A stretch of DNA of 64,000 bases from Eledone cirrhosa (Eukaryota): assembly GCA_964016885.1 (NCBI GenBank), contig OZ024743.1:330956001-331020000 (forward strand). The letters run 5' to 3'. The notes under the pieces are model-generated. The model did no database searches, was not told the DNA's origin, and saw only the letters and a program-made list of their open reading frames with translations. Positions 53,545 through 64,000 of this stretch are shown one piece after another. Each line of letters starts with the position of its first letter. Position 1 is the stretch's first letter. The translations under genes were made by a program, and so were the position numbers.

Positions 53545-56500
53545 ACAACAGCAGCTATAATGAAATATCACAACAACAGCAGCTATAATGAAATATCACA
53601 ACAGCAGCAGCTATAATGAAATATCACAACAGCAGCAGCTATAATGAAATATCACAACAGCAGCAGCTATAATGAAATATCACAACAGCAGCAGCTATAA
53701 TGAAATATAACAACAGCAGCAGCTATAATGAAATATCACAACAGCAGCAGCTATAATGAAATATCACAACAGCAGCAGCTATAATGAAATATAATAACAA
53801 CAGCAGCTATAATGAAATATAACAACAGCAGCAGCTATAATGAAATATCACAACAGCAGCAGCTATAATGAAATATAATAACAACAGCAGCTATAATGAA
53901 ATATAATAACAACAGCAGCTATAATGAAATATAATAACAACAGCAGCTATAATGAAATATAACAACAGCAGCAGCTATAATGAAATATAACAACAGCAGC
54001 AGCTATAATGAAATATCACAACAGCAGCAGCTATAATGAAATATCACAACAGCAGCAGCTATAATGAAATATCACAACAGCAGCAGCTATAATGAAATAT
54101 AAAAACAGCAGCAGCTATAATGAAATATAACAACAGCAGCAGCTATAATGAAATATCACAACAGCAGCAGCTATAATGAAATATAACAACAGCAGCAGCT
54201 CTAATGAAATATCACAACAGCAGCAGCAGCTATAATGAAATATAACAACAGCAGCAGCTATAATGAAATATAACAACAGCAGCAGCTATAATGAAATATA
54301 ATAACAACAGCAGCTATAATGAAATATCACAACAGCAGCAGCTATAATGAAATATCACAACAGCAGCAGCTATAATGAAATATCACAACAGCAGCAGCAG
54401 CTATAATGAAATATAACAACAGCAGCAGCTATAATGAAATATAACAACAGCAGCAGCTATAATGAAATATCACAACAACAGCAGCTATAATGAAATATAA
54501 CAACAGCAGCAGCTATAATGAAATATCACAACAGCAGCAACTATAATGAAATATCACAACAGCAGCAGCTATAATGAAATATCACAACAGCAGCAGCTAT
54601 AATGAAATATAACAACAGCAGCAGCTATAATGAAATATAACAACAACAGCAGCTATAATGAAATATAACAACAGCAGCAGCTATAATGAAATATCACAAC
54701 AGCAGCAGCTATAATGAAATATCACAACAGCAGCAGCTATAATGAAATATAACAACAACAGCAGCTATAATGAAATATAACACAGCAGCAGCTATAATGA
54801 AATATAACAACAGCAGCAGCTATAATGAAATATCACACAACAGCAGCTATAATGAAATATAACAACAGCAGCAGCTATAATGAAATATCACAACAGCAGC
54901 AGCTATAATGAAATATAACAATAGCAGCATCTATAATGAAATATCACAACAGCAGCAGCTATAATGAAATATCACAACAACAGCAGCTATAATGAAATAT
55001 AACAACAGCAGCAGCTATAATGAAATATAACAACAGCAGCAGCTATAATGAAATATCACAACAGCAGCAGCTATAATGAAATATAACAACAGCAGCAGCT
55101 ATAATGAAATATAACAACAGCAGCAGCTATAATGAAATATCACAACAGCAGCAGCTATAATGAAATATAACAACAGCAGCAGCTATAATGAAATATCACA
55201 ACAACAGCAGCTATAATGAAATATAACACAGCAGCAGCTATAATGAAATATCACAACAGCAGCAGCTATAATGAAATATAACAACAGCAGCAGCTATAAT
55301 GAAATATAACAACAGCAGCAGCTATAATGAAATATCACAACAACAGCAGCTATAATGAAATATAACAACAGCAGCAGCTATAATGAAATATAACAACAGC
55401 AGCAGCTATAATGAAATATAACACAGCAGCAGCTATAATGAAATATAACAACAGCAGCAGCTATAATGAAATATCACAACAAAAGCAGCTATAATGAAAT
55501 ATAACAACAGCAGCAGCTATAATGAAATATCACAACAACAGCAGCTATAATGAAATATAACAACAGCAGCAGCTATAATGAAATATCACAACAACAGCAG
55601 CTATAATGAAATATAATAACAGCAGCAGCTATAATGAAATATAACAACAACAGCAGCTATAATGAAATATCACAACAGCAGCAGCTCTAATGAAATATCA
55701 CAACAGCAGCAGCTATAATGAAATATCACAACAGCAGCAGCTATAATGAAATATCACAACAGCAGCAGCTATAATGAAATATCACAACAGCAGCAGCTAT
55801 AATGAAATATAACAACAGCAGCAGCTATAATGAAATATCACAACAGCAGCAGCTATAATGAAATATCACAACAACAGCAGCTATAATGAAATATAACACA
55901 GCAGCAGCTATAATGAAATATAACAACAGCAGCAGCTATAATGAAATATCACAACAGCAGCAGCTCTAATGAAATATAACACAGCAGCAGCTATAATGAA
56001 ATATCACAACAACAGCAGCTATAATGAAATATAACAACAGCAGCAGCTATAATGAAATATAACAACAGCAGCAGCTATAATGAAATATCACAACAACAGC
56101 AGCTATAATGAAATATAACAACAGCAGCAGCTATAATGAAATATCACAACAGCAGCAGCTATAATGAAATATCACAACAGCAGCAGCTATAATGAAATAT
56201 CACAACAGCAGCAGCTATAATGAAATATAACAACAGCAGCAGCTATAATGAAATATCACAACAACAGCAGCTATAATGAAATATAACAACAGCAGCAGCT
56301 ATAATGAAATATCACAACAGCAGCAGCTATAATGAAATATCACAACAGCAGCAGCTATAATGAAATATAACAACAACAGCAGCTATAATGAAATATAACA
56401 ACAGCAGCAGCTATAATGAAATATAACAACAGCAGCAGCTATAATGAAATATCACAACAACAGCAGCTATAATGAAATATAACAACAGCAGCAGCTATAA

Positions 56501-57405
56501 TGAAATATCACAACAGCAGCAGCTATAATGAAATATAACAACAGCAGCAGCTATAATGAAATATCACAACAGCAGCAGCTATAATGAAATATCACAACAA
56601 CAGCAGCTATAATGAAATATAACAACAGCAGCAGCTATAATGAAATATCACAACAGCAGCAGCTATAATGAAATATCACAACAGCAGCAGCTATAATGAA
56701 ATATCACAACAGCAGCAGCTATAATGAAATATAACAACAGCAGCAGCTATAATGAAATATAACAACAGCAGCAGCTATAATGAAATATCACAACAACAGC
56801 AGCTATAATGAAATATAACACAGCAGCAGCTATAATGAAATATCACAACAGCAGCAGCTATAATGAAATATCACAACAGCAGCAGCTATAATGAAATATA
56901 ACAACAGCAGCAGCTATAATGAAATATCACAACAGCAGCAGCTATAATGAAATATAACAACAGCAGCAGCTATAATGAAATATAACAACAGCAGCAGCTA
57001 TAATGAAATATCACAACAGCAGCAGCTATAATGAACTATAACAACAGCAGCAGCTATAATGAAATATAACAACAGCAGCAGCTATAATGAAATATAACAA
57101 CAGCAGCAGCTATAATGAAATATCACACAGCAGCAGCTATAATGAAATATCACAGCAGCAGCTATAATGAAATATAACAACAGCAGCAGCTATAATGAAA
57201 TATAACAACAGCAGCAGCTATAATGAAATATAACAACAGCAGCAGCTATAATGAAATATAACAACAGCAGCAGCTATAATGAAATATAACACAGCAGCAG
57301 CTATAATGAAATATAACAACAGCAGCAGCTATAATGAAATATAACAACAGCAGCAGCTATAATGAAATATCACAACAACAGCAGCAGCTATAGTGAAATA
57401 TCACA
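53545..57405. repeat. 28-bp satellite CTATAATGAAATAT(C/A)ACAACAGCAGCAG (~137 copies)
   Basis: Period 28 (53583 to 53611), very homogeneous, with no long ORFs in the track. Confidence 0.97.
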
Positions 57406-57685
57406 ACAAAAACAACAACAAGGGTGGATAACAACAACAATAATATTGTTAGACAACAACAAAAACAATGATAGGGGACAACAATAAGAGCAATACCAGC
57501 AACAACAATGGTGTACAAAAACCTCAACAACAACAATAAGAGCAACAAAAACAACTGTAACATCAACACTAGCAACAATGATGTATGAAAACCTCAACAA
57601 CAACAATAACAACAGCAGCAACAACAGTAACAAGTACATTGTAGTTATAAAGATTTGATATATTCTAAAAGATGGTGAGGACCAA

Positions 57686-57761
57686 GGGACCCTAAGCTTA
57701 ATGGTTAACACACTCAACCAGCATCCAAGAGATGCAGGGTTCGATTTCTTACAGACACCCA
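57686..57761 (+). pseudogene. Decayed tRNA-like sequence (tRNA pseudogene or SINE head)
   Basis: AGCTTAATGGTTA A-box-like and GGTTCGATTTC B-box-like motifs, ~76 nt ending in CCA. The stems do not pair properly. A similar remnant lies at 38427-38493. Confidence 0.45.
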
Positions 57762-58287
57762 CTGTCCATTTTATGTCTCTAGTGATATTTTAACTGATTT
57801 TGTCAACTGTTATTTTTGGAAAACAACTATTATAATCACCAGCAGAAGGGTGGTTTTCTGCTGGCATATGTAGTGTGCATATTGATATTATACGAAAGTA
57901 TATATGCATATATATATAAGTATGTATACGTACATACTTATATGTATACAGACGTACAGTAGTATGTATATATATACATACATGCACACATATATATATG
58001 TACGTATTGGTTTACCGAACATTTATTATAATGTTCGGTTTGTTTGTAAACAAACAGCCAGAATTACGCCGTACAGTGTTTGGCAACCATCGTTGGCCTT
58101 TTGTTCAACACTGACAAAGGAACAATGAAGTAGTTTCAAGCTTATTTGCTATCGTCAGCATCGTATACCTTCCTGACAGATGATTGAACGTTTGAAAGTA
58201 TATACTTTCCTTATGCATATTAACGGCTGAGCAAACCATACGTACATATACGTAAACCCATATGTACATATATATATGTGTGCATGT

Positions 58288-58865
58288 ATGTATAAAAAAG
58301 TGCAGGGCAATAAAGATAGACGGTAGCTACGGAGTAGGCAGACCCAGAAAAACCTGGGACGACCTGATAAATTCCGACCTCACACACTTACACCTCTCCA
58401 AGACAATGTCACTGGACCGAGATCTCTGGTGGTACTCAGTAATAGAGAAGACCCGCCTTACCTAAATACAAAGTAAAACCTACTACAGTCAGTAGGCACC
58501 TCTAACAAAATACACCCCCCGTCCCACCACCCCCACCCCATCCACGCCGCCCCTTTCAATGTAAAGTTATGTTGGTGCCACAACATCCAGGCCGAAACAA
58601 ATGAGGTCGTGTAGGTGTCACGACAAAAAAACACACAGTCCACGCTGTAATGTGGCCGTGTAGGCAACACGGTAAAAACCTCCCAGACCCACACTGTAAA
58701 TGTGGTTGGTGTTAGGAAGGGCATCCAACTGTAGAAAACCTGCCAGACAGTCCTATGCGAGCAAGACAATCACTCTTGCCTCAAGTGGGAAAACTCCCGT
58801 CCAAACCCATGCAAGCGTGGAAGATGGACGTTAAACGATGATGATGATGATGATGATGATGATGA
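58288..58865 (+). mobile_element. RTE LINE 3' end, same family as 60542-61430
   Basis: CIKKCRAIKIDGSYGVGRPRKTWDDLINSDL, followed by the shared 3' UTR and (GAT)n tail. Confidence 0.9.
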
Positions 58866-59023
58866 TACATACTAGTGTACGTCTGTATACATATATGTAT
58901 GTACGTATACATACTTATATTTAAGTATCAGCCGTACTAAGAGTGAGAAATTTCATTTCATTTCATTTTTTTCCATTTATATGCATATAGGTATATGTAA
59001 ATTGAAAAGTAAACGGACAATAT

Positions 59024-59440
59024 CTTCTTCTTCACCCACTTATTTCTGAGAGGGTCGTGGGGGAAAATGTGGGGGCAAACTCCTTCCAGTGGGTCTGTCA
59101 GAAGCAAACATCTCTAACTGATCCAGCTGGATCCCAAAGCATGATCAGCCAAGCTCATGGATGTTATCCAACTATCTTGCCCAGGGTCTACCTCTGGGTC
59201 TTTTGCCGGTTGGTTTTGCCTGTACCATCTGTCCAGTGATTCTTTACTGAGACATTCTAACCACATGGCCATAATATCAGAGCTGTGGTCTCTCAATCCG
59301 GAGGAGTAGCGGCTATACCTGGAGTGACTCTCTGACCTATGTCTTTTATCAAGTAACGTTACTCCAAAGACTCTTCGGAGGAACCCCATTTCTGCCGCTT
59401 GTATTTGCAATTGTATTCTTTCGGTCATTACCTCGGTAAG
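59024..59440 (-). mobile_element. Rex3-like RTE LINE 3' fragment
   Basis: VMTERIQLQIQAAEMGFLRRVFGVTLLDK. The 3' end is similar to 15290-15590. Confidence 0.85.
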
Positions 59441-59459
59441 GGTTGGCAAGAATACCAGG

Positions 59460-59899
59460 AAGACTTTCCCCTCCCCCAAATTACTGGCCTTGTGTCTATA
59501 CTAGAAATCATTATTATTATTCAGACAACCTCCTTCGCAACATTGAGTTACATCCCTTTACATTCAGAGTTCAAATCATGTCGAGGTTAGCTTTTCCTTT
59601 TAATATTACAGGGTTGATAAAACAAAGTACCAGTCACGCACTGGGGGCGATTTAATAGACTTTCCCCTCCCCCAAAATTGCTGGCCTTGAGCCGAAATCA
59701 GACATCAGTGTATTGGCAGTATCGGTAGAGGGTCGGACACCATGCTTTGCAGCATAGAGTTACGGCTCTTTAGGATCTGAGTTCAAATCTCGCCGAGGTT
59801 AACTTTGCCTTTGATCCTTACAAGGTCGATAAAATAAAGCATCAGTAATACACTGGAATAATTGCTGGCCTTGTGCCAAAAGTAGAAACAATTATTATT
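59460..59899 (+). mobile_element. Cluster of Nin-type SINE copies
   Basis: Tail fragment at 59460-59520, degraded copy to 59700, and a near full-length copy at 59713-59899. Confidence 0.85.
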
Positions 59900-60000
59900 A
59901 TATATATATACATATAAACTTCATTATCTCATACATGATACTTGTATGTATGTGTTTGTATATAAACACAAGTAAGATGTCTATTAAGTCATGATGACGA

Positions 60001-60063
<63 letters not shown>

Positions 60064-60541
60064 TACGTATATATATATATACATATATAGATATATATTG
60101 ATCAATTATTGAAATTGTTCTTAGAGTGTTTTACAGATGTGTTTTGATTTCTTTATATTATATTTTGTTTATTTACATAATTGTTTATTTGTTGACATTT
60201 TCAGTATCAGTTGAGTTAATTGTCATCATTAACCTGACATAAAAGTCAATTATATATCTTAATATTGCTTAATTAATTCATATTGCACTAGTCAGCTCAG
60301 CACTATTTATGGTGGTGAATTGACATATAAGCTATGACTTTTAATAAACATACCACAGGTGTGGCTGTGTGGTTAACAGGTTTGTTCCACAACCATGTGC
60401 ATTCAGGTACACTCCCACTGGGTAACACATTGGGCAAGTGTTTTCTACTATAGCCTTTGGTTGTGACTGGAATTACATAGGTACACATTTTGTGGTAGCC
60501 CATGGTATATATATATACTAACACAAACACACATGGATATA

Positions 60542-61430
60542 TCATCATCATCATCATCATCATCATTTAACGTCCATCTTCCACGCTTGCATGGGTTTGG
60601 ACGGGAGTTTTCCCACTTGAGGCAAGAGTGGTTGTCTCGCTCGCATAGGACTGTCTGGCGGGTTTTCTACGGCTGGATGCCCTTCCTAACACCAACCACG
60701 TTTACAGTGTGGACTGGGAGGGTTTTACCGTGTTACCTACACGGCCACATTACAGCGTGGACTGTGTGGTTTTTTTTGTCGTGACACCTACACGACCTCA
60801 TTTGTTTCAGACTGGATGTTGTGGTACCAACATAACTTTACATTGAAAGGGGTGGTGTGGATGGGGTGGGGGTAGTGGGATGGGGATGTATTTTGTTAGA
60901 GGTGCCTACTGACTGTAGTAGGTTTCACTTTGTACTTAGGTAAGGCGGGTCTTCTGTATTACTGTGTAGCGCCAAAGATCTCGGTCCAGTGACATTTTCT
61001 TGGAGAGGTGTAAGTGTGTGAGGTCGGAATTTATCAAGTCATCCCAGGTTTTTCTGGGTCTGCCTACTCTGTGGCTACCGTCTATTTTTATTGCCCTGCA
61101 CTTTTTTATACAGCTGTCGTCTTTCATGCGCATCACGTGACCGTACCAACGTAGTCTTCTCTCGAGTAAACAACATCTGATCCCTCTTATTTCTAATTTT
61201 TCCCTTAGTTCGTTTATGCTTTGCCGTTCATGTATATTACTATTACACATCCAGCGGAGCATGCAAGCTTCGTTCCTCTCCAGTCTGCGTATATCCTCTG
61301 CACACAATGCCCAGGTCTCACTGCCATGTAACATTGCTGTTCGTATGCAGGCATCATATAGCTTGCCTTTCATTTTTAGAGAGAACCCTTTAGCGGCCAA
61401 TAGTGGTATAAGCTCTCTGAACTTTTTCCA
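60542..61430 (-). mobile_element. RTE LINE 3' end: ORF C-terminus, 3' UTR and (GAT)n tail
   Basis: WKKFRELIPLL...KGKLYDACIRTAMLHGSETWAL...RRLRWYGHVMR...VGRPRKTW...DRDLWR, with stop at 60936 and 5' truncation at a (TA)n tract. Confidence 0.92.
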
Positions 61431-62219
61431 TATATATATATATATATAGAAGGAACAAGGGGCTGTGTGGTTACTTGATAAAGTGTATTTAGAAATAAAA
61501 GGAAAGCACAAACAAGGGACAGGTCCCCCTCTTCAGTTGTCTGCTGGAGGTTTCTGACATTTCAATGCATTAAAGACAAATATATATATATATATATATA
61601 TAATTGGCTGGAGAAAGAGAGACAGGTAAACAAACATGACTGGTGAGGCAACGTAAAGAGAGGAAAAAATGAGACAATCAAGTCAATGATTTATTTGAAC
61701 ATAAGAACTTGCGAATATTGACGAGAAGACCAAGACACATCTTAACTGTGCGATCCCTTACTGCTATCCTCTTTCTCTCTCCTTCTTCCTCACACTTTCA
61801 CTCACTCACTCTCTGCTACTCACCCTCTCTCTCACTTCCTCCATCATCCCACACCGTACAAAATTCTTTCCTCACTCACTTTCGCACAGTTAAGATGTGT
61901 CTTTGTCTTATCGTCAATATTCGCAAGTTCTTATGTTCAAATAAATCACTGACTTGATTTTCTCATTTTTTCCTCTCTTTACGTTGCCTCACCATTCCTG
62001 TTTATTTACCTGTCTCTCTTTCTCCACCCAATTCTTTTTATCTCAATAACTTATTTTAGTTATTGTATCGCGCTAGCTTGCGGTATCTGGTCTTTAATAC
62101 AAAGAAATCCCTATGATGGCTAGTACACAACTGATGATGGATAGTCCTGGCTACTATTTCTAATTCTTCATTTTATTTATATATCACATTTGCAACAACA
62201 CAGCATGTCATTTTTCATT

Positions 62220-62265
<46 letters not shown>

Positions 62266-62310
62266 GTTGCCACCCTGCCCATCTCCTCAATCTTTCTATT
62301 TCTTCTTTAA

Positions 62311-62346
62311 TCTTCTGATGAAGGACTACCGTCCAAAACATTAAGA
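62311..62346 (+). ncRNA. Decayed minimal hammerhead
   Basis: TCTT-CTGATGA-a-GGAC-tacc-GTCC-AAAACATT-AAGA. Two CpG-to-CpA changes would convert GAAACGTT into the observed sequence. Confidence 0.55.
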
Positions 62347-63624
62347 GTCTTTGCTATGAATTTTGAAGCTTGTAACCAATGTCACACACCTAACCTCAGT
62401 AAAAGCAAGGGGAGGTAATCGATAATATTTTTTTTTTTTCTCTCTTCTGTGTTTTTCAAGACTAAATATCTCTCCACTTCTGCTGGGGTTAAAATAAGCT
62501 AGAGTCATATAGACTTTTGCTGTGTTTATGAGCTACTGCTCTGTATGTAAATGACAGATACATGCCTCTGCACACACACACACACACATATTGAGGTAAA
62601 AAATAGCCACACAGATAGATACATAACCACACAGATGTACATGTACACACACAGACACACATTTTAAAGTAAATAGAACTGACAGCCATAAATCTAGACA
62701 CATATACAAACAACGACACACACACATAACCAAACAACTACACACATTGACCACATACAAATAACCAGACACACACACACATATAACCACATACACACAC
62801 ATATATATCCAAACAACCGTAGACACATTCACATACATGTACAAACAACTACATACACACCTATACATAAACAACCACACACACACACACCTATACATAA
62901 ACAAACACGCAGACCTATACGTATAGAAACAACGACACACATATATAGAAATAACCAGACACACATATATAGAAATAACCAGACACACATACAAATAGAA
63001 ACAACCACACACACACATATACAGACAACCACACACACACACATACAAACAACTACACACACACACACATGCAAACAACCACATGCACACACACTCACAT
63101 ACAGACAACCACACACATACACAAACAACCACACACACACATACAGACAACCACACACACACACACATACAAACAACCACACACACACATACAGACGACG
63201 ACACCCACAGACAACCACACACATACAAACAACCACACACACACATACAGACAACCACACCCACACAAACAACCACACAGTTTTGAAAGTACTTACACCA
63301 TAGTTAATGAGACAATTAACGATGAAATAAACATAATTAATTTAAAAATCTGTTTTCAATGACAACTTGCTCACTTAGACATGATTTGCATATAAAATAG
63401 ATTTTTAACGAAACCACAAGAAGCAACGTCTTAACCCTTTTATCTTATTTCTAATGAATTGGTCAGAATTTAGGAAAATAACTAAGCTCGGGTCTCAAAT
63501 AATGAGTGGAGGGGGGGGGAGCAAGACACGGTCACCTGACCAATCTTGCCTAAAATGGGACAATTCCTGTCTATCCCCCCCCATGCTAGCGTGGAAGATA
63601 GACGTTAAATGACGATGATGAAGA

Positions 63625-63812
63625 CTAGAAAGTGAGAAAGAAATATAGACGAAGAATCACACCCAGTACATTACTGGTACTTTTTTTTATTGACCTTGTA
63701 AGGATGAAAGACAAAGTTGATCTCAGTGGAAATTGAAATCAGAAACCAGAAAGCAAGAACGAATATCACAGAACATTCTATCTGACATTCTAACGACTCT
63801 GCCAATTCAGTG
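63625..63812 (-). mobile_element. Nin-type SINE, alternative-tail subfamily
   Basis: Similar to 22510-22680. Confidence 0.75.
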
Positions 63813-63829
63813 CTTTACATACATGGTGC

Positions 63830-64000
63830 TATGACAAGAAGCACTCAGCCCGCTCTGTAAAGTGGTTGTGTACATCTCACGACAAAAAGCACCCAGTCTG
63901 CTCTGTAAAGTGGTTATATAGGTGCTATGACAAGAAGCACCCAGTCCACACTGTAAAGTGGTTGTGTACATCTCACGACAAAAAGCACCCAGTCCGCTCT
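63830..64000. repeat. Alternating ~47-bp tandem derived from the RTE 3' UTR
   Basis: AAGCACCCAGTCC...CTGTAAAGTGGTT repeated, running off the end of the window. Confidence 0.75.

Overview
AT-rich, microsatellite-dense eukaryotic DNA. The SINE, LINE and MITE families present suggest an octopus (coleoid cephalopod); this is recognition from memory, not a database result. Nearly all ORFs in the supplied track are translations of simple repeats. The only host gene I can support is the 3' end of a PLEKHH1/2 (MAX-1, PH-MyTH4-FERM) gene on the minus strand, with two phase-0 exons at 36946-37098 and 33086-33169 that the ORF track misses. The rest is minisatellites and satellites, tRNA-derived SINEs, and fragments of RTE, CRE and Penelope-like retroelements, plus a deleted Tc1/mariner element and two MITEs. 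The main unannotated signal is a set of at least a dozen type-I hammerhead ribozyme (HHR) motifs. Five have canonical catalytic cores and one has a compensatory U3-A8 core. Most lie in short, mutually unrelated non-coding elements that sit in or beside (TA)n tracts and form partial tandem or inverted copies, resembling retrozymes or non-autonomous Penelope elements. One tRNA/Nin SINE subfamily may carry such a hammerhead-bearing tail. All structures were folded by eye; no searches were run.
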